64,000 nt of DNA from the NCBI GenBank assembly GCA_963666285.1, contig OY762711.1. One strand, given 5' to 3'. Below are positions 23,879-34,374 of this stretch, piece after piece. Each line of letters begins with the position of its first letter. Position 1 is the first letter of the stretch. This DNA is from Sedimentisphaerales bacterium (lineage in GTDB: Bacteria; Planctomycetota; Phycisphaerae; Sedimentisphaerales; SM23-30). A program made the position numbers and the translations under genes. The notes beneath the pieces are model-generated. The model was given only the letters and a program-made list of their open reading frames with translations. It was not told the origin of the DNA and searched no databases.

Positions 23879-25697
23879 ATGTCAAAGGGAAATAAAATTA
23901 TAATTGGAATTGCTGTTGTTGTAGTTTGTTTTATTATAGCAGATTATTTTGGGTTTATTGGTTATGTTCACAAGGACGGACTAAAGCCGCTGCCGTTTAA
24001 TTTCAAGGTTTGCGATGACCAATGTGATGAATTGCTCACTGATATTAATATTGAGCAAATATTTGATAGCGGTTATTGCCATGATCTGAGATTCATTTCC
24101 GATGGCAATAACATATTTACCGGATATGTGCATGTTGGCTGGGGTGGTACTCAGACATTATTTTTCAATAAATGTAAAACCGTTCCACTTGCTGGCAAAG
24201 AGTTTTGCTTTAGATTTAGCAGTCCGGGATACAAATCTATAATAAAGAACATTGTTTATGAACAACTGAATAAGGGGAATATTATATATCTATCCAGGTT
24301 GGATGAAACCCAGCCCGTTGCTCTTACTGATATCGATGTTCCTGTGGATTCACCGAAGATTGTTCCTGACGAGGCCTATTATGATATTGATTTTTCGGGT
24401 TCCGGGTATATTATCGGGCAGCCTGTACCAAATGATAGATTTTCAACAAGTATCTGCTTTGAGAATTGGGGGCCTGTTTTGGTCTGGCAAAAGTTCGGTC
24501 CTATGACAGATAAGCCCATCGTATTGAATTCATGTAGAACTGGTACCCCCCAGTCAGTATCCGTATCCGCAGATCTATAGAGAAATTCAACTTGATATGC
24601 AAGATGCTGATGGCGATATTTTTATCTCTTTTGATCTATTGCCTGTCGACCTGGCCGACAGCAGCAACAGCTTCCTATTGAGATTACCTTGCCCGTGGCT
24701 TAATGATTTTATAACTATAAAAGATGGCTATATCAATATACGTAATAAGAAAAAGATCAAATATTCTGATTGCCGGATAATCCATTTTGATATTCTTCTA
24801 AATATCGATACCGGTGATTTTACCGTCTGTATTGACGGTTATTGTCAGTGTAAAAGTAGTATCAAATCCAAAAAACTCAGGCTTATTTCATTTTCTCTTT
24901 GCCGTCATGATAAATCTTCTGAACCTGACAGCAAAACTCATATAGGGCTCGATAATATTTATGTAGCCGCCAAAGCCCCGCCTGATTTCAGGATTATCGA
25001 AATGCCAGGCGACGATTTTATCCCATCTGAAATATTGACGCCTGCACCGGTCCCCGGCATATTTTACAATCTTGATTTTTCTAATTGTAACCAGGCTGAT
25101 GATTCTATTACTGGTTTGGGCAATTCGTCTGATCCTATCCGAATTATCTCCGGCCGTCCTGAAATTGTCAAACAGGACATTGCTGATCATCAGGAAAAAT
25201 CCGGCTTGGCCCTAAAGTTTAATACAAAAGGAAATACCGGCCCATTTTTCTCGGAAACTGTCCGGCTTGACCTGCCCCGTAAGTCAGAATTCTACTTCAT
25301 TTCATTTGATATCCGCACACATGAAATGAAAGATAGTGCAAATGAATTTTCCGTTTTATTCAATATGACAGAACTTTACGCTCTCTCTTTATGTAATAGT
25401 GGTTTTATGGATATCTTAAAGCATGAGTCGATAGATTACCAGGATGACAGGAACATGCATTTTGATATTATGCTTGATGTGCAAGATAGAACTTTTACTT
25501 TATTTCTGGATAATATCCTGCTGACCAGGGGGGGCGTTACCGGCGGGGATCTGAATTCAATACAATTCAAGCTGGCTTCCGGCTCCGGTTTGGATAACTA
25601 TGATGACAGTTCCGTCTTTTTAGATAATATATATATTTCTGATACTGTCCCGTATGAATTCTATTACAGGGTAGAGCCGTACAAAGATTATCGTTAG
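23879..25697 (+). pseudogene. Membrane-anchored protein with two internal repeats, split by a +1 frameshift into ORFs 23879-24580 and 24597-25697
   Basis: The end of ORF1 (YYDIDFS...GPVLV...PIVLNS) and the start of ORF2 (EIQLDM..IFISFD..DSSNSF) together form one copy of the repeat that is intact later in ORF2 (FYNLDFS...GRPEIV...LKFNT...ETVRLDL..YFISFD..DSANEF). Removing one C from C6 at 24546-24551 fuses them. Confidence 0.7.
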
Positions 25698-25838
25698 CGT
25701 TTTGCTTCCGCTTGGCAAGCCTTTGTAGTTGAAATGATTCTGCTAGCTTACGGCCAGATGATCAAAGTATAGCCTCTCGCTATCCGGTACAGGACCCGCA
25801 TACGTAAGTTTTTTTTATGGATGAATTTCTGTTTGATT

Positions 25839-25868
25839 AAAAAAACAGCCGCCCATCTCTGAGCGGCC
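25839..25868 (-). terminator. Probable terminator of deaD
   Basis: GCCGC..GCGGC hairpin preceded on + by an A run (T run on -). Confidence 0.55.
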
Positions 25869-25975
25869 GGTAGGATTATCTAAATATAACAAATTCAAAA
25901 AGGTTCTACTTCTGCGTTAGCTTTTAAAACAACGTTGCGAAGCAACAACCGCAACTCTTCGCTCTTCGTTTTTCA

Positions 25976-27769
25976 CTATTTAAAGCTGTCTTTCCTCACT
26001 CGTCTTCCGCCTTTATTTCCACCCTTACGGGCACCTTTAGGCTTTGCTGGTTTGCCCGCCCGTCTGTGTTTCGGCTTAGCTTTCATTGTTGCATCTTTCT
26101 TTCGCGGCTTAAAGAACGACTTATCCAACCTGGTAGTATTCAGCTTCTGCCCATCCAACTCAACTTCTTTCAGATGGTTCAATATCTCTTTCGGCATACC
26201 CTCAGGCAGCTCAACGCAGCTGTACATTTCCATAATCGATATCCGACCGATATGCTCTCGATCCAGCACGCCGACCTCTTCGTCTGATAATATATCCATT
26301 ATAATACCCGGGTTCACCTTATGTCGGCGGCCAATCTCGATGATGAAGTATTCCATTCCCTTGGCCGGTTTGCGAACCTTAAGTTCACCGTATTTACCGC
26401 TGGTATCATAACCCTGCGCCTCTAATTTTGCCTTGTCAGGTGTCTTTAACAGCAGTGGTTTTTTCTTGTGCATCATTTTAGCCAGTGCCGCTGCAACCTC
26501 TATCGCTGGGATATTGTGTTCTGTGCAATAGCTCTGCAATAGCTCGGTAAAGATCCCCATATCGTTCGCTGCAATTGTATCTGTGATCTTCTGCTTGAAC
26601 TTTGCCACCCGTTTGTCGTTTACCATCTCGGTCGTCGGCAGATCCATCATCTCGATTTTCTGCTTTGTCGCTCTTTCGATAATGTCCAGCATCCGCCTTT
26701 CACGCGGTGCTACAAACAATATCGCTTCTCCCTTTCTGCCTGCTCGACCTGTTCGGCCAACACGGTGGATATATGATTCCGCATCATACGGAATATCGTA
26801 ATTCACCACATGGCTTATCCGGTCAACGTCCAGCCCGCGTGCCGCCACATCAGTTGCTATCAATATATCAACTCTACCGGCTTTCAGCCAGCCTATCATC
26901 TGCTCTCGGCTGCTCTGGCTCATATCTCCATTAATCGCACCGCAGCTGAAACCGCGTGCATGCAGCTTCTCGTTTAGCAGTACCGTCTCGCTCTTGGTAC
27001 GCACAAAGATTATCATTCCGTCGATATCTTCAACCTCGAGTATCCGTGTCAATGCGTCCAGTTTATGCAGTCCGCTTACCGGCCAGTATCTCTGGCGGAT
27101 ATTATCAGCTGTAATATTTTTTGCTTTGATTGTTATCTCGACCGGCTCGTTCAGATGTTCCTGTGCAATAGCTCGGATCGGTTTCGGCATCGTCGCCGAA
27201 AATAATGCTGTCTGCCTGTCTTCCGGCGTCTGTTCCAGTATCCACTGAACATCCTCGATGAAGCCCATCTTCAGCATCTCATCAGCTTCGTCCAGTACTA
27301 GGTACTGGATATCGTCCAGGATAAGTGTCCCTTTTCTCATATGGTCCATAACACGTCCCGGTGTGCCAACCACAACATTTACACCCCGCTTGAGCAGCTT
27401 GATCTGCTTGCCGTACTCCTGCCCGCCGTAGATCGGTGCTATTGTAAATTTCTTCATTCCGCTGGCGTACGTCTGAAACGCCTCTGCCACCTGGATCGCC
27501 AGTTCGCGGGTGGGTGTCAGGATAATAGCCTGTGGGTATTTGGCGTTTACGTCAATTCTTGACAATATCGGTAATGCAAATGCTGCTGTCTTGCCGGTTC
27601 CTGTCTGGGCCTGGCCCACCAGGTCTTTGCCTTCCATCAGCGGCGGTATCGTTAATGCCTGGATTTTGGTTGGTGTCTCATAGCCGCATTCGTTAAGGGA
27701 TTTTAATACAGATTTGGTTAGATTGAGGTCGTCGAATGTTACTTCGGGTGCGGTTTTTTCGCTTGTCAT
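25976..27769 (-). CDS. deaD: DEAD-box RNA helicase DeaD/CsdA with C-terminal DbpA-type RNA-binding domain
   Basis: Q motif GYETPTKIQ, AQTGTGKT, PTRELA, TPGR, DEAD, SAT, ARGLD, HRVGRTGRAG; basic C-terminal tail. Confidence 0.95.
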   Translation of the reverse strand: MTSEKTAPEVTFDDLNLTKSVLKSLNECGYETPTKIQALTIPPLMEGKDLVGQAQTGTGKTAAFALPILSRIDVNAKYPQAIILTPTRELAIQVAEAFQTYASGMKKFTIAPIYGGQEYGKQIKLLKRGVNVVVGTPGRVMDHMRKGTLILDDIQYLVLDEADEMLKMGFIEDVQWILEQTPEDRQTALFSATMPKPIRAIAQEHLNEPVEITIKAKNITADNIRQRYWPVSGLHKLDALTRILEVEDIDGMIIFVRTKSETVLLNEKLHARGFSCGAINGDMSQSSREQMIGWLKAGRVDILIATDVAARGLDVDRISHVVNYDIPYDAESYIHRVGRTGRAGRKGEAILFVAPRERRMLDIIERATKQKIEMMDLPTTEMVNDKRVAKFKQKITDTIAANDMGIFTELLQSYCTEHNIPAIEVAAALAKMMHKKKPLLLKTPDKAKLEAQGYDTSGKYGELKVRKPAKGMEYFIIEIGRRHKVNPGIIMDILSDEEVGVLDREHIGRISIMEMYSCVELPEGMPKEILNHLKEVELDGQKLNTTRLDKSFFKPRKKDATMKAKPKHRRAGKPAKPKGARKGGNKGGRRVRKDSFK

Positions 27770-27797
27770 TAATTCTCCGGGTTTTTGGTCTTAGAGC

Positions 27798-27889
27798 CTT
27801 ATTGCTCATATCAGGTGTGTTAACTTTAGGCGGGGAGGCAGTAAAAAAGTTCTGAGCGTAAGCGAACACGTTAGCTTATTGCTCATATC
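27798..27889 (-). promoter_or_regulatory. 15-bp direct repeat in the deaD upstream/leader region
   Basis: CTTATTGCTCATATC at 27798-27812 and 27875-27889. Confidence 0.5.
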
Positions 27890-28154
27890 TTGTCACTTTT
27901 TACTGTAACCGTGTAAACGGTTATCTTATTTGGGGTTAAGTGTCAAGTCTTTGAGCTGCTTTGCCTAAAGATGCCGACAGAGTGTCTTATCTGCCGGATT
28001 ACCTGATACCTTACCCGGTTTGTCCAATCGGCATAACTATTACGCCATTGGATATTTATTCCCCATTCGAACGAAGCATTATACATTATTTATCCGGGAA
28101 TTGATAGAGAATTATTATTTTTGCTTTATCTGAAAATATTTTTGGAAAATCATT

Positions 28155-28183
28155 TTGACAACCTGGCAACAAAGATATAACAT
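28155..28183 (+). promoter_or_regulatory. Putative sigma70 promoter of the SulP gene
   Basis: TTGACA-17 nt-TAACAT about 40 nt upstream of the ATG. Confidence 0.45.
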
Positions 28184-28222
28184 TCAGACTTATTTTTGTT
28201 GAGACTAGAAAGGTAGAAATAC

Positions 28223-29893
28223 ATGTTAACTCCAAAGCTCTTTACTGAGTTGCGTCAATATTCTTTTGCAAAGGGGACTGCCGATTTACTGGCCGGTATG
28301 ACTGTAGGGGTTGTAGCACTTCCGTTAGCTATGGCTTTTGCTATCGCCAGCGGGGTAGGGCCCGAACGCGGGCTATTTACCGCTATTGTTGGTGGTTTTA
28401 TTATTTCCCTTCTGGGCGGCAGCAAAGTACAGATAGGCGGCCCGACCGGGGCGTTTGTCGTTTTAGTTTACTCGATTATGGAGCAGTTTGGCTATGAAGC
28501 CCTTACTGTATGTATACTTATCGCAGGCATAATCCTTGTTCTCTTTGGTATTTTCCGGATGGGCGGTATGATCAAATTCATTCCCTTTCCGGTTATTACC
28601 GGCTTTACTTCCGGCATAGCGGTCGTTATCTTTTCCACCCAGATACGCGACCTGTTTGGGCTTTCCATGGAAACCGTTCCCGCTGATTTTATTAGTAAAT
28701 GGCGTGCGTATGTTATTGCCGCCGGCTCGGTTAACTATCATGCCGCCGGTCTTGGCATCGGATCTATCTTGTTCATTGTTATACTCAAACGCTTATCACC
28801 CAAGCTGCCGGGCATGCTTATCGCTATGATACTTGCTGCCGTTGTTTGCTCTGCATTTAATATGCCCGTCGAAACCATTTCCAGCAGATTTGGCCAGCTT
28901 CCGGCTATGCTGCCCAAACCGGCCGCTCCGCATTGCAGCTGGAGCCAGCTGCCTCAACTCTTTCAGCCGGCCTTTACTATTGCTCTGCTGGCCGCTATCG
29001 AATCGCTGCTCTCGGCAACTGTTGCTGATGGTATGATCAGTGGTCGCCATCGCTCTAATGCCGAACTTATGGCACAGGGGGTAGCTAATATCTTCTGCAG
29101 TGTTTTCGGCGGCATACCGGCGACCGGCGCCATCGCCAGGACCGCTACCAATGTCAAAAGTGGTGCCAAAACCCCGGTTGCCGGCATGGTCCATGCTGTT
29201 ACCCTGGCTCTTTTGCTCCTGTTTTTTGGTCGTTATGCCGGTACCATCCCGCTGGCTGCTCTGGCGGGCATACTTGTTGTTGTCTGTTATAATATGTGTG
29301 AGGCTCATCATTTCAAAACAATATTAAAAGGGCCTGCCAGCGATGCTCTGGTATTGCTGCTTACTTTTGCCCTTACTATACTCATCGACCTCACCGTTGC
29401 TGTCGAGGTGGGTGTTGTATTCTCTGCCCTTATCTTCGTCCGGCGTATGGCCGATCTGAGCAATGTAGGAGTAATCACCCGTGAGTTTGGCAGCGATGAT
29501 GATATAGATAAACAGGTCAAGACAGGTGCACCAATAGAAGTGCCTGCCGGTATAGAAATCTTCGAAGTTAACGGACCGTTTTTCTTCGGTATGATCGATG
29601 TATTCCGCAACGCTACCAGGGACTATCGATCCAGTGTTGCCCCGATTATGGTTGTTCGTATCAGAAATGTGCCGCTTATTGACGCAACCGGCATTCATGT
29701 CCTTCGCGAGCTCAATAATCGCTGCAACAAAGAAGGTACTACCCTCGTCCTCTCCGGAGTTGGCATGATACCGTATCAGGCCTTGAAGCAAAGTGGGCTG
29801 CTCGAAGAAATAGGTCCGCAAAACGTCTGCCAGAGCATTGAACTGGCAATAGAACGTGTCGATGAGCTTCTGGGCGAAAACAAAAATGAATAA
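28223..29893 (+). CDS. SulP/SLC26 anion (sulfate/dicarboxylate) permease with STAS domain (DauA/YchM-like)
   Basis: DLLAGMTVGVVALPLAMAFAIASG, QIGGPTGAF, IPATGAIARTATN; STAS domain GPFFFG...IDATG. Confidence 0.93.
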   Translation: MLTPKLFTELRQYSFAKGTADLLAGMTVGVVALPLAMAFAIASGVGPERGLFTAIVGGFIISLLGGSKVQIGGPTGAFVVLVYSIMEQFGYEALTVCILIAGIILVLFGIFRMGGMIKFIPFPVITGFTSGIAVVIFSTQIRDLFGLSMETVPADFISKWRAYVIAAGSVNYHAAGLGIGSILFIVILKRLSPKLPGMLIAMILAAVVCSAFNMPVETISSRFGQLPAMLPKPAAPHCSWSQLPQLFQPAFTIALLAAIESLLSATVADGMISGRHRSNAELMAQGVANIFCSVFGGIPATGAIARTATNVKSGAKTPVAGMVHAVTLALLLLFFGRYAGTIPLAALAGILVVVCYNMCEAHHFKTILKGPASDALVLLLTFALTILIDLTVAVEVGVVFSALIFVRRMADLSNVGVITREFGSDDDIDKQVKTGAPIEVPAGIEIFEVNGPFFFGMIDVFRNATRDYRSSVAPIMVVRIRNVPLIDATGIHVLRELNNRCNKEGTTLVLSGVGMIPYQALKQSGLLEEIGPQNVCQSIELAIERVDELLGENKNE

Positions 29894-29964
29894 GCAAATA
29901 ATGGTTGTTATGCATGTCCCGATGCATATCCCGGCTGCTTATAAAAATTTTACGTTTCCAAAAC

Positions 29965-31767
29965 CTAAAACTCGTCGATTATCTGTTCCTTTTGCTCTCT
30001 CCTGTAGTCAAACCACTCCTCCTTGATCAGTTCAGGTGCCATTGCTATAACTTCCTTAGCGGCTTTATTATAGCTTTTGCCGCTTTCCTCCATCACCTCG
30101 GCATAAAATGTTGTCGCATATTCTAATGTGTAAGTATTCTTTAATTTTGAGTGGTTCTTAATTAGAATAGCTATGCTTCGTTTTATGTTTGTTATACCTT
30201 CGTCAAAATCGTCCATTTGCCAGTTTATTTCTGCCAGGTCTAGCAGGTTATATGCTATATTCAAATCATCCTCCGGCAAATAGCCTGAATTAACCTCTAA
30301 TGCCTTGGTAATATGTTTTTTTGCCAGAGAATTTTTATCAGCATACATATATATTCTACCCAGGTCACCATGGCATAAAGCTATAATATTGTTAACTTTT
30401 ATATAGGATTTCTCGGCGGCATCCAATACTTCTTTAATTAGCTTTTCGGCTTCATCTGTTCGAAAGTCATCAGTATATACTCTTGACAACCATATCTTTG
30501 TATTCCAGACAAATATATGATCATCTCCAAAACTGTTTCTGGTGATCTCAAGGGATCTCTTAAATGTTGCCTCCGCCAGAGTATTCCACTCATAATGATA
30601 ATATATTATACCCATACCGCATAAACTGTCGGCAAATGATGGGTGATCGGTACTGTGATATTTACCATGAATCTGGAGATTTGTATTTGCATAGTTTTGC
30701 GCTTCAATGAAGTTGTCTGCTTCCATGCAGTACCTCTCCATATTGCCCAGGCTGAAATCTATCTCCGGGTGTAATGCCCCGTATGTTTCCTTGGCCATTT
30801 CCAGTGAGCGTCTGCATAAATCTTCTGCTTCATCGAAGTTTTTAAGATCGAAATAAAGACTTATCTGCAGGTTCAAATAATTAATAAGGTCTCGTCTGTT
30901 AACTGTTTCTGATTCTTTTATAATCGAAAAATACCTGCCCGCAATTGCTTTCATATCTTTTGTATTATCTGTCAGGATAGCCAGGTATTCCAGCGGGCAT
31001 AAATGGTATAGTATGTTTGTATTATCTTTTCCGTATGATGCTTCCGCAGTTGCCACTGAACTTTTAGTTGTTGTTTCAGCTTTTTTCAGGTCGTAGGTTA
31101 TACAGTATAGAAATGCCATTACGTTCAATACTTCAGCAGTCTTGGCATGGTTCTCGCCATATTCACTTTCTGCCAGCTTGAGAGCTTCATTTAATACTTT
31201 ATTCGCTTCCTCGAATTTTGCTCGTTCGAACAAAATTTCGCCAAGATACCTCAGTTCCTCTGCTCGAAGCTTTTTCTCACTTCCCGGGCAGTATCCTAAT
31301 GCTTCCCGGTATGACTCTTCTGTTAGTTTATATTCTGGTATTGCTTTATGCAGTGTGGCTTTTATATTCAGAGTGTCAATTATGGATTTCCTGCTGGCAT
31401 CTGACGGCTCCGTCTGGCTTTCAAACTCCTTGCGTTCCAGTTCTAGACCCTGGGCTATCAGCTTATGTGCTTCCTCAAATTCTCCTTTTTCGATTGCGGC
31501 CCTGGTTTGATTTTTCAGCTCATTAACTTTAGAATTTCCAGATTCTATTCCTTTCCAGTTATCCAGAACTACCTGGTAATAGAACGGGATTTTACTATTG
31601 GATTTTTCATACTTCTCGTTTACAACTTTTAATATTTCTTCTGCAGTGATATTATCTAAGTCAATTTCTTCTGCGCAGATAGCTTTCCCGACATTAATAC
31701 ACAAAGTGTAAAGTATTACCAGTAAAAACACCAACCTGAATTTATCCACATATTTCCCAGATATCAT
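29965..31767 (-). CDS. Secreted/membrane tetratricopeptide-repeat protein
   Basis: N-terminal hydrophobic segment and about nine 42-aa TPR units (ALKLAESEYGENHAKTAEVLN; SLEMAKETYGALHPEI; SLEITRNSFGDDHIFV). Confidence 0.8.
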   Translation of the reverse strand: MISGKYVDKFRLVFLLVILYTLCINVGKAICAEEIDLDNITAEEILKVVNEKYEKSNSKIPFYYQVVLDNWKGIESGNSKVNELKNQTRAAIEKGEFEEAHKLIAQGLELERKEFESQTEPSDASRKSIIDTLNIKATLHKAIPEYKLTEESYREALGYCPGSEKKLRAEELRYLGEILFERAKFEEANKVLNEALKLAESEYGENHAKTAEVLNVMAFLYCITYDLKKAETTTKSSVATAEASYGKDNTNILYHLCPLEYLAILTDNTKDMKAIAGRYFSIIKESETVNRRDLINYLNLQISLYFDLKNFDEAEDLCRRSLEMAKETYGALHPEIDFSLGNMERYCMEADNFIEAQNYANTNLQIHGKYHSTDHPSFADSLCGMGIIYYHYEWNTLAEATFKRSLEITRNSFGDDHIFVWNTKIWLSRVYTDDFRTDEAEKLIKEVLDAAEKSYIKVNNIIALCHGDLGRIYMYADKNSLAKKHITKALEVNSGYLPEDDLNIAYNLLDLAEINWQMDDFDEGITNIKRSIAILIKNHSKLKNTYTLEYATTFYAEVMEESGKSYNKAAKEVIAMAPELIKEEWFDYRREQKEQIIDEF

Positions 31768-32020
31768 AATTCTCTCCGTGAAAAGTTCTTAACCAAATTA
31801 TTATCAAACAACAACTCAATTATCGCTGAAATCTATCTCAGAGTCAACTTTTATATTTACTGGATACTTCACAGATACCAATTGTCACTGTTGCATAACT
31901 GTTGCATATTTGAATAGTGCAATAGTTGGCTATATTATGTTGATATTCTGCTGCTTAGCAACTTTCCGGCCCATATGTCATATCTATTATGGCTTCCAAC
32001 CTTCTCAATGTCAGTTTGAG

Positions 32021-34162
32021 TTATTTTGTCTTACTCCATACCGTTACTTCCGTTCTCGTATGCTGAAACTTCCTCTTGGTCTCTCGTATCACCATTTCCA
32101 TCTCCACCGGTTCAGCTGCCATCTCAAAATGCTCTCCTAATATATCCCCCAATGCCTCCAGCGTCGTATACGGCTCGCCATCTTTCCGATACCCTCCCAG
32201 CCAGTTCTCTTTCCCGGTAAACGCTTCATCCCATGAGTAGGGCGATGCTATTATCAGCAGCCCGCCCGGGTTGATCTGCTCATGTATCATCTCCAGGAAA
32301 CGCTTCGGGTATGCCAGTCGGTCAATTAGATTACTCGCCAGAACCAGATCATACCCGGTATACAATGCCTTCAGATTACACGCATCCGCCTGGTATAGCT
32401 CTACTCGTCTGGCTGCCTCTTCCAGGCCCAGCTCTGCCAGTTTCACTTCATGGTAGCTCTCCAGCTCGCCTTCCTCCAGCCTGGTATATCTCAGGTAGCC
32501 TTCCTCTTTCAGCTCTACTCCCGGACGGATTATCCTCGCCGAAAAATCCAGACCTGTCACATTATCAAACTCTCTCGCCAGCTCAAAACTCACCCGTCCG
32601 ACCGCACACCCGATATCCAGTGCCTTACCCTTGTGCTTGCCCGCCATCTGTTCCAGGCAGAATTCCGCTATTCGCTTCGGATAGCTTGCTACCCCGAAAT
32701 ATTCCGCCCCAAAATGAAACTCGCAATATTGGGTAATAATCGGGTCACTCTCATAAACATCAGCCTTAACGACCGCCTCTGAATTACTTTCTATATATCG
32801 CAGCCCGGCATGCTGGTAGAAATGCCGCCGGAACGCATACCGGCTGTCCCGGATAGCCTCGTTTCCGGTTGATATCCACGAGCCGCCTTTCATCAGGTTA
32901 TGCCTGCCGTCAAATGTCGGTACCGAAAAATCATCATAGATCGGGTGAACCCTAAAGCCTCGATAACCAGTTATCGGCGTCTCTGTCCACTGCCACACAT
33001 TACCGACAATATCATAAAACTCGCCAAACGCAAATTTGTCAACCGCACACGACGAACTATAATATTCCAGGTTAATATTACCCGGTGCTTCTTCCCAGTA
33101 TGGCTGATCGGTTTCCATATGGCTGTCTCGCAGGTAGTACCATTCTTCCTCGGTCGGCAGTCGCAGCTTCTTACCTGTAGCCTCGCTTTTCCAGTTACAG
33201 AACGCCTTTGCTTCCAGCTGGTTTACCTCAACCGGCCAGTTCCACGGCATATCGACCTCTTCCGCCACACATCTCAGCTTATATCTTCCGCCTTCTTTTC
33301 GCCAGAATCGCGGCATATCCGACTTTTCATATTCCTTCCAGCTCCATCCTTCATCAGTCCAGTATTTCTGCTTTCCGTACCCGCCCGCCTCGATAAAATT
33401 CAGGTATTCTCTGTTACTTACCAGGTACTTACTCGCCTTGAATCTATTGATCTCTGCCTTATGGCTGCCGTATTCATTATCCCATCCATACAGCTCGTTA
33501 TCATCCTTACCCAGCATGATATCTCCCGATGCTATATATATAAGTTCATTTACCGGGGCTTCTCCCGCTTCAATGCATATCTCCCACAGCGGATGCTTTC
33601 TGACATGCTCCAGCGGTAGCTGCCTTATCAATACCGACGAGGTCTCTAGATGTATTCTGGAATGCTCGATCCCCATCAATATCGCCCACCACGGACTATC
33701 CCAGTCAATAGGCATCGTCAGCGGCATGTTTTTTATCAAACCGGCTACGAGTTCGCGTACCTTATCCCGATACGACTGCACCGCCTCAACTGCCGGCCAG
33801 TCATAATGCGACTCATCCAGATCGTCCCAGCTCATCTCATCTACACCCACCGCAAACATGGATTCAAACTTCGGATCAGTCCGCTTATCAATTACCTTTG
33901 CCATTAGCAGCTTATTCACATAAAACACCGCCGTATGGCCAAAATAGAATATCAGAGGATGACGCAGCGGATCTGCCCTCAGGTAAAACGTCTCATCATA
34001 ACGTAGCATCTCCAGCAATGCCTCATCTATATCAAAAGACTTTTGAAAATATGCCAATATCTCCCGACGCTTATCCTCGGCATCACCGCTATCAAGGATA
34101 ATTGTCTTTGTCTGACGTAAACTCAGATCAGTCCGCCACTTATCTGTTGGTCTTTCTCGCAT
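32021..34162 (-). CDS. ovoA: 5-histidylcysteine sulfoxide synthase OvoA (DinB + FGE-sulfatase + C-terminal methyltransferase)
   Basis: LRHPLIFYFGHTA, FAVGVDEMSWDDL, GIEHSRIHLETSSVLIRQLP (Fe ligands), YGWDNEYG, RYAFRRHFYQHAG, and SAM motif ALDIGCAVGR. Confidence 0.93.
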   Translation of the reverse strand: MRERPTDKWRTDLSLRQTKTIILDSGDAEDKRREILAYFQKSFDIDEALLEMLRYDETFYLRADPLRHPLIFYFGHTAVFYVNKLLMAKVIDKRTDPKFESMFAVGVDEMSWDDLDESHYDWPAVEAVQSYRDKVRELVAGLIKNMPLTMPIDWDSPWWAILMGIEHSRIHLETSSVLIRQLPLEHVRKHPLWEICIEAGEAPVNELIYIASGDIMLGKDDNELYGWDNEYGSHKAEINRFKASKYLVSNREYLNFIEAGGYGKQKYWTDEGWSWKEYEKSDMPRFWRKEGGRYKLRCVAEEVDMPWNWPVEVNQLEAKAFCNWKSEATGKKLRLPTEEEWYYLRDSHMETDQPYWEEAPGNINLEYYSSSCAVDKFAFGEFYDIVGNVWQWTETPITGYRGFRVHPIYDDFSVPTFDGRHNLMKGGSWISTGNEAIRDSRYAFRRHFYQHAGLRYIESNSEAVVKADVYESDPIITQYCEFHFGAEYFGVASYPKRIAEFCLEQMAGKHKGKALDIGCAVGRVSFELAREFDNVTGLDFSARIIRPGVELKEEGYLRYTRLEEGELESYHEVKLAELGLEEAARRVELYQADACNLKALYTGYDLVLASNLIDRLAYPKRFLEMIHEQINPGGLLIIASPYSWDEAFTGKENWLGGYRKDGEPYTTLEALGDILGEHFEMAAEPVEMEMVIRETKRKFQHTRTEVTVWSKTK

Positions 34163-34374
34163 GCCTTATTCCCATTGTTGTTTTGATACTTTTATAATTT
34201 GAACAAATTCCATATGTTTTTATCATATTATTGACACCTGATACTAAACAAGTCAATGCCGTTTTTCAATATAAATTAACATTGATTTCACCTGAAGCTT
34301 TATTTATCATAGTTTTTGTCAGTGGCGGGTTGCTTGCCATTAATTATTGGTTAATTTTTTTTGCTGGGCTGTTT

